The notes: generated from the sequence alone by a model not told the origin. Shown: positions 13,413 to 26,469, counted from the stretch's first letter. The stretch: 64,000 nucleotides of DNA from Octopus vulgaris (GCA_951406725.2 OX597833.1:64914001-64978000); one strand, 5' to 3'. Translations and numbers: made by a program.

Positions 13413-13670
13413 ATCAAATAAATGCGCCCTTTTAAAGCCTAGCCAGGCTCATGGGCCCGGTTTCCCGGTTTCAATGGCGTATGTGTTCCCCAACTGGACG
13501 GGACGCCAGTCCATCGCAGTGTTACTCATTTTTGCCAGCGGAGTGAACTGGAGCAACGTGAAATGAAGTGTTTTGCACAAGAACACAACGCGTCGCCCGG
13601 TCCAGGAATCGAAACCACAATCTTACGATCATGATACTGCCACCCTAACCACTAAGCTACACGCCTCCAC
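13413..13670 (-). mobile_element. tRNA-derived SINE family C, full length
   Basis: Minus head GGAGGCGTGTAGCTTAGTGGTTAGGG...GGTTTCGATTCC; ATTT-type tail; near-identical to the units at 37850-38627. Confidence 0.9.
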
Positions 13671-13789
13671 AACGATTAGATATATACGTATATAATTAAA
13701 TATTGATATCAAAGAAAAAAATATAACAGTCGAGTAGAAATATATAACACGGAAGGATGCACAAATTGACGGGGGAGGCTACTACATAC

Positions 13790-14100
13790 GGATATTCAAA
13801 AACTCTTGTGATGCCAGCAGCAACCTCCCGGTCTCTGGCGCTAATCTACGCCGGCATAGTTCGTGTTTGATGGATCTTATAGCCACGCCAATTGATGCCT
13901 CTCTCATTTATCATTCAGAAATTTTACTGGAAGGCAGCATCTCCCTTTCGATTTCAAAAAGGATTGTCTTTAGAAAACTCGTTGAATCTTCAAAGCTTAC
14001 GACCGCATCCAACGCACAACTTCTTTCGACATAGCCACCAGACAAGCGAAAGACTATACGCTGCTCTTGTACGCCAACGGTAGGCGGCGTGTGGGGGTGG
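13790..14100 (+). mobile_element. Very decayed non-LTR RT fragment
   Basis: FRFQKGLS and FKAYDRIQR resemble GFRxGxS and DFxKAYDxV in the expected order. Confidence 0.35.
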
Positions 14101-14963
14101 AGCATTCGATGATCATGATAGACACGGCTAGAGATAATGATAAAGATAATGATCTACTCTAACTTGAAACACGCCATGACACAAATTGCATCGATTCTTT
14201 CTCTCCTTTCTTTTCTATTATTTTATTTTATTTTATTTTATTTTATTATCTTTTTTTGAAGGTTTCAAACGAACGCAGTTAAATTTAAATGCGTAAACTT
14301 CTTTGACAGAAAAATAATCAATTTTCACCATCACCATCACCATCACTACAACAGCCATCATCATCATTTTCTCCAACAACACCGACAGAAATTGCATTCT
14401 AATTTATCTGACTAAAGATGTGTGCGTGACAATTGGTTGTAGTTGATGTTTTTGTTGTTAGATTTGTTGCTGTTGTTGTTGTTGTTTTTGTGGTCGTTGT
14501 TGCTGTTCTTGTTGTAGTTCAGATTGTTGCTTTGGTTTACGTTATTCTGGTCGCTGTTATAATACTTCTCATTCTATTCTATTCATTTATTTTCGTTTAT
14601 ATTGTTGCCAGTTTCCAATCATTGGACTACACCCATACTGGAGCTTAGGCATCAATGGTTCTTTAAATCGATAGCCTAATTATACTATTTCACTCACTCT
14701 CCTATTTGTGCCGTGTTCAGTTGATCGATTTCATGAAGGAAGAAGAAAAGGGCGCGAGACCAACATCGCATAAAGGGTAATGAATGTGACGGAACTGAAA
14801 CCCACGCGTTATTTCGCTTTGACGCCCCAATTCCTGTTCGACACTTCCTTGGTAATAAACGCGGACCCTCCTCCAATGCGACCTCAAAATGCGACCTCGT
14901 GTGTACCGTAGGCGATTTTTTTCCTCTGTCTTCTTCCCTTCTCTGGATCTTTCCTTCTCTTAT

Positions 14964-14998
14964 GTTTCCGACGAAGAGCTCAGCTCGAAACGTTAAAC
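14964..14998 (+). ncRNA. Minimal type I hammerhead motif (U4C variant)
   Basis: GTTT-CCGACGA-A-GAGC-TCA-GCTC-GAAA-CG-TT-AAAC; host repeat (about 14780-15100) ends at (TA)n. Confidence 0.6.
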
Positions 14999-15204
14999 CC
15001 TCCTTCATCCCTTCTTTCCTGAGCGTCCAATAATACTATATTTGTTCCACGTCCTCGCGTTGTTGTGTTTTTTTTTGTGCTTTCTTGTTTGGATTAACTT
15101 TATATATATATATATGTAAGCCTAGTTCTTACTATATAGGCACTTTTGCGGAAATGTTAAGTAACGGGGACACAAACACACCAACAATGGTTGTCAAGTC
15201 AAGG

Positions 15205-15278
<74 letters not shown>

Positions 15279-15408
15279 TTCAGCAAAATTTAGATTCAAA
15301 TGAATATGGTACTTAAGTTACAGGCACCAGAATTTTCTATGGTATTATCCATATAAATCCATGGAGTGATTATAATCAAAATAGGCAACAAGTATATCTT
15401 CGGTAATT

Positions 15409-15492
15409 TGGTACGATCGTTTCATGCTACTTCATTTTATAAAGCATTGTAAGTATTACATCAGTTTTAAAATATTGAGCAATCTTCAGCCA
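15409..15492 (-). ncRNA. Type I hammerhead motif with extended stem II
   Basis: Minus: TGG-CTGAAGA-T-TGCT..ATTTTA..TGTAA-TAC-TTACA..TAAAAT..AGCA-T-GAAA-CGATCG-TA-CCA; palindromic stem III; stem I only 3 bp. Confidence 0.65.
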
Positions 15493-15759
15493 TTTATAGA
15501 AGTCTTCCATCAAACGGACAATACATATACCTATTTCCATTTCGTTTGCCAACATTATGAAGAGGGTAGATATACAATGAGGTTGATTTGATTGTTAAGA
15601 AAATGATAGTATTAAAATTTATCTTCTGACTATAGGTCTTTCCTTTAGTTATTTAGATCTGTTAGTGGGGATGGAGGGATCTTCGATTGGCTGGAGACAA
15701 AGATTTTTTCTATTTTCCCAACTTTTCCGCATTAATATTGCATTTTAATATGAGGCAAG

Positions 15760-16620
15760 ACCACCTTTGTTAGTAATTACAACTTGAATTCTACGAGGTT
15801 TGGACTCGTACAAAGTTTGAATTGTTTCCAAAGGAATTTTTGTTCATTCTTCAGCTAAAACAGTCTCCAGTTCTTGTAGTGATGATGGTGAAGGATATCA
15901 ACTCCTTGTTTTTCTAAAATGCACCAGAAATGTTCAACAATATTGAGATCTGGGAACTGTGGTTGCCAGATGAGATGTTCAACTTCACTATATGTTCCTC
16001 GTGTCATTCAGTAACAACCTTAGCTGTGTGAATTGGTGCATTATCATCCTGAAAGATTGCGTTACCCTCCGGAAACAGTTCTGCAACCATAGGATGAATT
16101 TGATCGGTTAAAAAGCTTAAATAGATTTGACTATCAATACTGCCATGAAGGCAAACCATTGGGCTGGCAGATTTCCAAGATATAGCCTCGCAGCACATCA
16201 CAGATTCTCCTCCGTGTATAACAGTTGGAAGAAGGCTGTCTAAGTCAAATGTTTCTTTTGACTGTCTCCGCACGGTACTCGGCCGGTGGTCGGAAATAAG
16301 GTAAAGCATGACTCTCCCGAGAAAAATAACATAATTCACTGCTCTAGGGAACAATTCTGTAGGTTTTTACTCCACTCTAAACTCTTTGAAACTTTTGTTT
16401 TTCAAAGTAGTGGTTTTCTGATTGCACCCCTCCCGTGTAATCCAGCTTTGCGCAGCTCCCGGGAAACAGTTTTTGTGGAAACTAGGTTCTCGAAGTTGTC
16501 ATTAAACTCTACAGTAATTCTGGGAGATGTACTTTGGGAGATCTCCTTTCTAATAATTCGCATAAGAGTCCGACGGTCCCTATCTGAAAGTTTTGGTTTG
16601 CTTCCGGAATTTTGCTGTCA
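15760..16620 (-). mobile_element. Tc1-like transposase pseudogene
   Basis: PTVIHGGESVM...FQDDNAPIHTAKVVTE, then WQPQFPDLNIVEHFW; upstream KLSDRDRRTLMR...VSTKTVSRELRKAGLHGRGAIRKPLL; stops and frameshifts. Confidence 0.92.
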
Positions 16621-16801
16621 CACCTCTCTCTCCTGATATTCTTGTTCTTGCAATTGCTGCCGTTCTTCCGCTTATCTAATACAACTGCCACCGCTACTCT
16701 TGTGGCTGCTGTTGCCACTTTTGATTCCATTGTCCTGCTTTTTGTTGCCATTACAATAACTGTTGTACTTGTTGTTGTTCTTGTTAATGTTGTTGTTGTT
16801 G

Positions 16802-16835
<34 letters not shown>

Positions 16836-16861
16836 TACTGGTATTATTACTATTACTATTA

Positions 16862-16936
<75 letters not shown>

Positions 16937-16940
16937 TTGA

Positions 16941-17477
16941 GTGAGAGAGCAGTTCATGCCATCAAAGTGACACTGGGGTAAAATATACGAAGCCCAGTAT
17001 ACCCATCATGACTACCCGTCTGATAAGGGTACAGCAGGCACATGCATCACAACCATATGTGCGCGACATGGTGATCTCATATCAAGATAAACAGCACATG
17101 ACCTTGCAGGTGGGGCCCAGTTAGAATTTTCTTCAGGTTGAGTAGCCCATCCCGCTCAAAAGGTCCCTGAATAAGGGTTGTTTAAGGATGTTGAAAGAAC
17201 CACCCATGTTTCCAGAGGTGAATTATTCAAACCCCAAAGAATCCCTCTCAACACATGGCTATGATGCTCCCCCACTACTTCTGCTCGTGATCAGAGATGC
17301 ACATATTGTCAGCCAATAAGGGACATGCTCAACTGGTTAAGGTCAAACAACTGACACGCAAATCTGTGGTATTGAGCAGAATATTTGCTGTAGCCCATCT
17401 TTTATACCAAGACAAAACAATGTACATGATAACACTTTCAATCAGTTAAGATCAGAAGCCATGAGAGCCACTGCCTG

Positions 17478-17479
<2 letters not shown>
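16941..17479. mobile_element. Approximately 540-bp interspersed element embedded in (ATT)n
   Basis: Sharp-edged complex sequence flanked on both sides by ATT repeats; no recognisable ORF or TIR. Confidence 0.55.
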
Positions 17480-17509
<30 letters not shown>

Positions 17510-17535
17510 TTCATTATCATTATTATTATTATTAA

Positions 17536-17614
<79 letters not shown>

Positions 17615-17837
17615 ATTTTTATTACTTTTGTGATTATTATTATTATCATTATTATTATTATTAGTAGTAGTAGTAGTAGTAGTAGTAGCAGTAGTATTAT
17701 AATTATTATTACTTTTGTGATTCTTATTATTATTATCATTATTATTATTACTATTATTTTTATTATTACTGTTATTATTGTTGTTGCTGTAGTTGTTAAT
17801 TTTGTTGCTGTTGTTGGCATTGTTTCTACATTATTAT

Positions 17838-17869
<32 letters not shown>

Positions 17870-17911
17870 TTATTATTATTATCATTATTATTATTATTAT
17901 TACTATTATTA

Positions 17912-17979
<68 letters not shown>

Positions 17980-17983
17980 TTTA

Positions 17984-18014
<31 letters not shown>

Positions 18015-18400
18015 CATTATTATTACCATTATTATTATTATTTTATCATTATTATTATTATTATTATTATTATCCTTATTATTATCATTATTATTATTGT
18101 TCTTTTTGTTTTTGTGGTTGTAGTTGGTTTCGTTGCTGTTGTTGTCTTTGTTCCTATTGTTGTTTTTGCTACCGTTGTTATCTGAGATCTGTGAAGATAA
18201 ATGTTATTATAACAATGTTTGCCCGTTCACATCGCCATCGGTGAGATTCTCTCAGATTAAGTAAACTAATTAAGAATCGTCAAACGGCAAACAGGTGGAA
18301 TGAGTTTCGTTCCGATACAACTTGCCGCAGCGTTATTAGCTGCAACGTTTGGGAAAAATATTCCAGGATAACAATAATGATATCAATAAAATAACAATGA

Positions 18401-18477
<77 letters not shown>

Positions 18478-18565
18478 ATAATAGTAGTAATAGTAGTAGT
18501 GTTAGTAGTGTTAGTAGTAGTAGTAGTAGTAGTAGTAGTGTTATTGGTGGTAGTGGTGGTGGTGG

Positions 18566-18603
<38 letters not shown>

Positions 18604-18630
18604 GTGGTGATGGTGGTGGTGGTGGTGGTG
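17480..18630. repeat. Long trinucleotide tracts (ATT)n, (GTA)n, (GAT)n, (GTG)n
   Basis: Directly visible; explains the poly-I/L/Y/V/M ORFs. Confidence 0.95.
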
Positions 18631-19119
18631 GAAAAAAGACCAATTATTTTCATTTCCATTGTCCACAGAGAGGAACAGCGAAGAACGAAAAGAAACACCC
18701 AAAAGGTGACCTGGTGGAAGGGGTGACGGGTCAAAAGAGAACGAACAAGATTAAACGTACAACACATGGTTTCTATATTGCGATTAACTGCCTGAAGCCT
18801 GGCTTGTTAGACAAGCGACTCTCATGGTAACCTCGAGTACTCGAGCATACCCATCCCTCACAGGTGTAATTAGGTCAATGGAAACAGCATCGAAGCCTTT
18901 CAAATATACTGAATCTAGCAATTTAATGTCCCAGACTTCTACGTTCTGTGAGGTCAATTGTCCCAGAATATTATTTTAAGGAATAGTATCTACGGAATAT
19001 TCAGCCTATTAGGGGCTAATTTAATGAATAATTAAATGCCGTTGTTTGAATAAATGAATATTCATTCTGAACGTACATACATATATACATATATAAACAA
19101 AGATCATTGGCCCCCCATC

Positions 19120-19432
19120 GATTACGACGGCTATGGTTACAATCGTTTCCATCAACGAACAGCCTGCCAGTGAAATTCACGAGCAAATAGATGAGCCCCC
19201 CCACAGACGCGTGTACCCTTAATGTAGATCTTAGGGAGATTCAGCGTGACACTGAATGTGACAAGGATGGCCCTTTGAAATACAGATGACACTTATTTTT
19301 GCCAACTGAGTGGACTGGAGCAACGCGGAATAAAGAGTATTGCTCAAGGACACGCTGCGTCGCCTGGGAATCAAAATTACGAGTTTTCGATCCTGAGCCA
19401 CATACCCTAACCACAAGACCATTCGCCTTCAC
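19120..19432 (-). mobile_element. SINE family D, diverged
   Basis: Colinear reverse complement of 57821-58141. Confidence 0.8.
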
Positions 19433-20398
19433 ACTACTTATATAATCGTGATTTGGGCAACCAAATCTCGTTCGAGTCTCGCTGAAATGCCACCATAACG
19501 TCTTTAAAATTATAAGAGATTTTGAATACATTGGCTTTAGATGAAGTCACTCTGAGGGAAGCGAGAAGCATAACAATGGTAACACACCAAATGTCTTTGA
19601 TCATAGGTGGGCTACATCAGAGGTTGCCCAGGGCTAAAATACAACAACAACAACCTCAACAAAAGCAATCAACATCCAACAGCAACACCTTTGCCATTAT
19701 ATATTGTCGAACATTCATTTAAACTCGAAACACAACCGTTTTTTTTTTCTTTTTTGTGTTTTTGTTTTCATCTTTTTTTACTTCTAAAATTTCCTATTTA
19801 GGTTTCTGACACTAGAAGGGGAAGTTTGTCTTGAATTCTCTTGAAGCTCTGTTTAATCAAACACTAAAAGATTCCACTACTTCGGCAAGTTCTTTCTTCT
19901 GTGAGCAACGCACGGTTTTCTTTTCTATCTGTAGAATATGCCAATTTCAAAAGATGAATAGATAAATCTTATTCCCCGCCTCACACACTCACACACACAC
20001 ACACACATACATACACATACACGCATGCCCATACACACACGCACTCACCTCACATACACATACGCAGAGACACACGGTTCTCTGATCTCTAATCTTTTGT
20101 TCTTCAACATTGAATCTCTTATCTTTTGATTCTTTTGCGACGTTCCTGAATAATATATAATATAATGTAATATAATATAATATAACATAATATGATATAA
20201 TATATATATATATACATACATACATACATACATGTGTGTGTGAGAGAGATTATGTGTGTGTGTGTATGTGTGTGTGTGTGTGTGTGTGGAAGTCTTTGAG
20301 TCTGAAAGATGTGTGCCTATAGACCGTTTGTTTCCTGTGTTTGTCTCTATGTGAGTAAGAATGAAATGTAACACTACGCCGTTGGCTCTGTCTTCATA

Positions 20399-20399
<1 letters not shown>

Positions 20400-20445
<46 letters not shown>

Positions 20446-20448
20446 TTT

Positions 20449-20493
<45 letters not shown>

Positions 20494-20565
20494 TTTTCTA
20501 TCTATCTATATGTTTTTCTGTCTCTCTGTAAATTTCTCTATCTCTGTCTCCGCTTTTACAGATAA

Positions 20566-20597
<32 letters not shown>

Positions 20598-20653
20598 GTA
20601 GGTAGGTAGGTAGGTAGGTAGGTAGGTAGGTAGGTAGGTAGATAGATAGATAA

Positions 20654-20736
<83 letters not shown>
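20400..20736. repeat. (TATC)n followed by (GATA)n/(GGTA)n tetranucleotide tracts
   Basis: Directly visible, in opposite orientations. Confidence 0.95.
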
Positions 20737-20737
<1 letters not shown>

Positions 20738-21540
20738 TCTTCAATATCAGAAGACATACTGTGTGTATAAAAGAATTTGTCCGACCGCTGTGACGATTTT
20801 TAAAGATAATCTGTATTATATTTTGATGCTGCAACGGATATTTGTTTTCATCTGTTGTAACTCTATTGTGTTCCTTCATTGAGCAGACCGTTCCAGCCGT
20901 GACACTCCTACATTATTTAAGATATGCCATATATAAAGCGTCGTTTTCCCGTGTGTTCAACTATTGCACTGTAGGATTTTCTTCTGATTACGGTGTTTCA
21001 CCTGCAAGAGATTGTTGCTCTTATTACTATCAGATCGAGTTACTATAAAGACCAACAATACGCAAGCCTCAAGCACCCCGCCGGTGTCCCTTAACCTTTT
21101 TGTTAATCGACTTATATTCTACATTTTATTGACTTATATTTTGCATGCATTTGGTGCGGACCCCAGAGTGAATCGAGGTTTTGGGTTTGGCTCGGATATT
21201 AAATTGAGCCACTGGCGTATATACGACCCTTCTGTATTAAGTCTCATTTAATGTATTTGAATAACTCGATCAGGATTGAACTGAGATTGAATAACAACAA
21301 TTATAACAAACACTTTAGAGCAAACTCAATCTACTTCTTATCCCAAAAGCGAACACTTACGTGGTTGATTGATATGCTAGAGGTCACAGCTAAGTCACGC
21401 AAGTCATGTGTTTGCGCTTAAAATATGAGAAACAGTTGGCAGATTTAAATTACAACTCGCTGTCATAGAACACGTTACTTTTGATAACCTGGAAAGAGGA
21501 TGGTCACGGATGGAATGTCTTTTATTACAAGTAGGCATAA

Positions 21541-21750
21541 AGGCAGTGAGCTAGGAGAAGCTTTAGCACGCTGAACAAAATGCAAAGCGGCATTTCGTGA
21601 TCTTCAGGTTTTGAGTTCAAATTCCGCCGAGGTCACCTTTGTCTTTCATCCTTTCGGGGTTGATGAAATAACTACCAGTAGAGCACTGAGGTGGATATAA
21701 ATCTTTTATACCTCCCCACGAAATTTCTGGCCTTGTGCCAAAATTTGAAA
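21541..21750 (+). mobile_element. SINE family B, diverged
   Basis: GAGTTCAAATTCCGCCGAGGTCACCTTTGTCTTTCATCCTTTCGGGGT core. Confidence 0.75.
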
Positions 21751-22355
21751 CCATTTGAAACCATTATAATTATACACGACTGGACTTCACTACCAACAGT
21801 CACTTATGTGGTCGTTCTACCTGCTTAAAATAGCCACCAAATGTCTCCCAATTTCCACAATTAATGTCTTTAAAAAGGAATGATCATCGCGTGATGTGAT
21901 CCTGGAAAAAGTATCTCTCATTGTGTAATAGAAAGTATAGTGAAATGGCCGTGACTGGATATTGTAGCTGAACTTGGGCCAAAAACAACGTGAAGTTATG
22001 CATCTATGCTCTTATCTGTTTTTTTTTTTTCTTGTCAATTATTAGGAGTCGTTGCTGTTGATTTTGTTATCGTTGCATTTGCTAGAATTTAGTCGCAGAA
22101 TATCAAGTGCGGTTCAGCGAGCGCTCTATATAATCTAATCGCTTTTTGAGGCAAACTGCGTCTTGGAGCACTTACCAAATATATTTTCAATATTCTAAGA
22201 TCGAAAGGCGGCGAGCAGACAGAATCAGTAGCACGCCAGGCGAACTGGTTAGCGGTATTTCGTTCGTCTTTACGTTCTGAGTTGCCGGTGTCTGCTTTGC
22301 TTTTCATCCTTTCGGGGTCAATTTGCCCTTCATCTCTTCAGCATCCGTAAAATAA

Positions 22356-22505
22356 TGTTATATCGCATGAGCTACAAAATCCTCGTCGCCACTGTTATAT
22401 CGCGCGTTCCGATGACCTCTACTCTACTCCCGATGTCTAGACGTCTCCCTCTATATCTACGTATTGGGCTAGCCTACTTCATCATCTGGGAGCGTCTACA
22501 CAACA
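22356..22505. repeat. Unclassified dispersed repeat, copy 1
   Basis: About 130 bp closely similar to 33967-34095. Confidence 0.75.
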
Positions 22506-23202
22506 AATAAGTACCACTTGAGAATTGTAATGGACTTAAAACTTCTCCCCGAAATTTCTGAACTTGTACCAACATTTGAAAGCAATATCTTAAGGCAGCT
22601 CAGAAAGAACTCTGTAGGCTTTGAAACGGAATTGGCTTCTACTACAAACAAACCAAGGGGTCACGTAGAGCCTTAGAGTTTAGTATATCCTTTTTTTTTC
22701 CTTATAAATCCATTTCTATGCAGAATGTTTATGGGAATATAAGATGATCCAGAATTTAGAACAGCTTTGTTTATTGACATGGGAAAGTCTGTTTGAGACC
22801 AAAGTGGACTTCGACAAAATTTGAACTCAGAACCTACACACCGTTATTATACGGCGCAGATAATTTTGCTGACGCTGCAATGTAAGAGAAAAAAAAAAGT
22901 GTAATACAGATCGATAAAATAGGTGTCAAACCCTAATGAGAATTAGTGCCTAGATCGATACGATCGATTAAATCGATTCAAGGCAGAAGAATGGCATTTG
23001 CACGAAGTGAAATCAGTGAAATTAAAAACGAAAGAACAAGAAAGTTTTGCCGATGTCATCCATTTCGAATGGAAACTTACTGTGAAATAAACTCCGCCCA
23101 GCAAAGCACAGATTACGTATGAAATTACATCAGCAACATAAATCCCGTCGAATGATCTGATCTTAGTACTTCTTCTCTGTCACAACATACATACATACAT
23201 AA

Positions 23203-23436
23203 GGAAGGCGGCGAGCTGGCAGAAACGTTAGCACGCCGGGCGAAATGCGTAGCCGTATTTCGTCTGTTGTTACGTTCCGAGTTCAAATTCCGCCGAGGTC
23301 GACTTTGCCTTTCATCCTCCCGGGGTCGATAAATTAAGTACCAGTTGCGTACTGGGGTCGATGTAATCGCCTTAATCCCTTTGTCTGTCCTTGTTTGTCC
23401 CCTCTGTGTTTAGCCCCTTGTGGGTAGTTAAGAAAT
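23203..23436 (+). mobile_element. SINE family B with 20-bp TSD
   Basis: GAAGGCGGCGAGCTGGCAGAA head; CAACATACATACATACATAA at both 23183-23202 and 23437-23456. Confidence 0.9.
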
Positions 23437-23475
23437 CAACATACATACATACATAACATACGTGTGTGTGTGTGA

Positions 23476-23665
23476 GGCAGTGTGGTAAGTAGCTTGCTTA
23501 CGATCCACATGGTTCCGAGTTCAGTCTCACTGCGTGGCACATTGGACGAATGTCTTCAAATATAGCCTCGCGGGCGATAAAACGACGGAAACTGAAATAA
23601 GCTCGTCGTATGCTAACTAGGCTTACAAAGAATAAGTTCTGGGGTCGACTACTTCGACTAAAGGC
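23476..23665 (+). mobile_element. SINE family A, deleted copy
   Basis: GTGTGGTAAGTAGCTTGCTTAC head and GGCTTACAAAGAATAAG body. Confidence 0.75.
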
Positions 23666-23792
23666 GATCTTTAGCTGGGCAAAAAAATCACATTCGATCG
23701 CAGCACCGATCACAATTAAGCCTCGTGCAATGGCCATACTCGATAACGAGGGGGCAGCCATCACACACACACACACACACACAAACACACAG

Positions 23793-23844
<52 letters not shown>

Positions 23845-23846
<2 letters not shown>

Positions 23847-24031
23847 GGCACGTAAAAAACACCCACTACACTCGCGGAGTGGTTGGCGTTAGGAAGGGCA
23901 TCCAGCTGTAGAAACACTGCCAGACTAGACTGGAGCCTGGGGCAGTCCCGAGCTCCCCAGACCCCGGTCGAACCGTCCAACCCGTGCTAGCGCGGAAAAC
24001 GGACGTTAAACGATGATGATGATGATGATGA

Positions 24032-24035
<4 letters not shown>
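23845..24035 (+). mobile_element. Retroposon 3' tail ending in (GAT)n
   Basis: GGCGTTAGGAAGGGCATCCAGCTGTAGAAAC...GGACGTTAAACGATGATGAT; short-repeat tail typical of non-LTR/SINE ends. Confidence 0.65.
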
Positions 24036-24104
<69 letters not shown>

Positions 24105-25316
24105 AGGGTAAATACATTAACAAATAAGTAGATACATTAGAGAGATCGATATGCAGACAGATAGATGAACAAACAGACGGCATCAGAAAGAGAGACAGAT
24201 AGAGAGACAGAGAAAGATGGGGAGAGAAAGATATGGGGATTGAGGGAGAGAGAAGAAAGAGAGGGAGAGAGAGAGAGGGGGAGAATTAAAGAGTAACGGG
24301 TGGATAAAATTTAAAAAGTAATGGAACAAGAAATATTAATGTTAAGTTGAGAAAAGAAAGGACACCGCAGAAAGAAGATTAGAATAGGAAAAAAATAATG
24401 AGAATGTGTAAATAAAAGACAATATACTATGCTTATATATATATAAACGTGAATGGAATACGTTAAACTATGTGAATATAAAAATACATGTAAGTAGACA
24501 AAGCGTAGACGAAAAGGATTGGAGAAGAATTTCATAATATAATAGGCATATGGGAGAAACAAAATGGACGCCTTTTTTTTTTACAAAAATTGATTGGAGG
24601 TAAAATGTGAATGTATAGCTTAGCCAAGTCCTGGAAGGATAAAAAGCAAAGTTATATATCGAAAATATGTAATTATTAATCTACAATACTCAAAGTTTGG
24701 TTGCTTGAAGGAGATTCAAAGAACTAGCCGCGTGCGAGGTGGAAGAGAAGAAACGGCAGAAATATTTCGGAGTAAATATTTTGAAGTTTGTCTATAGGAA
24801 TATCAGAGTTCAAGACTGTTATGTAATGCGTGTGAATCTTCTAATTTAACAAAGATGACATTTATATTTAGCTGAAACACATGATACAATGCTTCAGTAG
24901 TAATAGGATGAAATATTTAAGAAAAGAAACATGGAGCATGATATTTTCTGTGAGAGGTTTTATTTTTTATATTAAATGCAATCGAGTTGTATTTGTTCTT
25001 GAATGAACCGTTCTCGGACAAACTTGTTGAGAATCCCTTGTATAGTTATTTGAAGAAGTGTATATTGATGGTAAAAACATACTTAAATTATATCACTTCT
25101 TACATTCGCAAAAGCTGTGAATACTCTACTCTGTGAGATAAACCAATAGCTTTCAAATGCCAATATTCTTTGGCGGGTGGTAAACAAGAGCCATACATTT
25201 ACGGAAGAAAGAGACATAGAGTTATTGTGCGATTCTTATATCAGTGATGTTGAATGAATGAAGTAGAAGTTTTCTCCACCTCTCTCTACTTTTCTCCCTC
25301 TTTTTCTTTCTCTCTT

Positions 25317-25354
<38 letters not shown>

Positions 25355-25355
<1 letters not shown>

Positions 25356-26120
25356 GAGAAATCGACTGTGTTTAGCCATAGGAGCGGAAAGGTTACGTCA
25401 TGTTGAAAAAATATCGAAACAAAGCTGAATTTAGCGAGGTCAGTTTGACTTCATCCGGAGAAGTGATGAAAAGAACCCGAAAACAATGGATGCAATTAGT
25501 GGTACAGAATTTAAAAATATATTTTAATTGCTAAAGAAGAAGCTGTTCTTTGACGAAGACAACAAAGATTACCATATTGCATGTGACATCGAAGTATCGG
25601 AGAAGAGGTCTATCAAACAGCATATGTTACCTCTTCTCCGACAGTTCGAAGTCCCATACAATATGTTAATCGTTCTTGTCTTCGGCAAAGGACAGCTTCT
25701 CTTTTACGAGGAATATGTGTTTGTGATGCACTGACATCATCAATGCTAACCATACTCCTGTGACGAACACAACAGCGAGTCGCGTATTCACGTTCGAATC
25801 TGCAAGAACGTATTAAGGATGAATAAACTAACCATCAATTTTTTTTGTACCGCTTATGACTATTCATTGTCGGTTTGTAGACATTAGCACGGATTCGCGG
25901 ACACATTCCTCGCTGAGACAATGGAGAAGGCCACTGGATGCTTTTAGATTCACTGCTCCGGGGAGTTTCTAACTGACGAAACAGAGCGATGTCGAAACAA
26001 TATCACCGAGAGCACCTGCATTACAAAAATCGATTAGCTATTTGTTGTGGAGGTGATGATTTAATCTGCGACGAATACAACGGGGATTAGCATATTGTGG
26101 TTGGAAACAGCTAAAACGTG
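25355..26120 (+). mobile_element. Possible ancient Helitron RepHel relic, interrupted by a fold-back
   Basis: Weak ordered motifs SRVFTF, FFVPLMTIHCR, TDSRT, GEFLTDE, LFVV...ILW resemble GRxYTV/FYLRLLLLHVR/EDLRT/GLLxDD/LF..LW; heavily decayed. Confidence 0.3.
25532..25706. repeat. Ungapped 78-bp inverted repeat with 19-nt loop
   Basis: 25532-25609 versus 25629-25706: 66/78 Watson-Crick, no indels, TA at both outer ends. Confidence 0.92.
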
Positions 26121-26144
26121 TTATGAATAAATATACGAGACACC

Positions 26145-26228
<84 letters not shown>

Positions 26229-26247
26229 GTCTGTCTGTCTCTCTGTT

Positions 26248-26278
<31 letters not shown>

Positions 26279-26336
26279 TGTATGTCTGTCTGTCCGTCTT
26301 GTCTGTTTGTGTGTCTATCTATGTATCTAACTATAA

Positions 26337-26372
<36 letters not shown>

Positions 26373-26469
26373 ATATATATATATATATATATATATAAGT
26401 AGGTGAATGAATTATCCTAGTATGGATAATTCGGTTAACCGATACCCGGGTAGCAAATTCACGTCATAA

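Noticed and set aside
18853-18866. Short palindromes near 18800-18850 (CTCGAGTACTCGAG, GCTTGT/ACAAGC)
   Set aside because: Isolated and short; expected occasionally by chance in 64 kb. Coordinates approximate.
25528-25734. 68-aa ORF and a GNAT-like phrase (HVTSKYRRRGL) in another frame
   Set aside because: Overlies an inverted repeat; frames are short and bounded by stops.
25973-26005. CTGACGA...GAAAC hammerhead-like boxes
   Set aside because: No consistent stem I or stem III in type I or III topology; stem II is closed by a mismatch.
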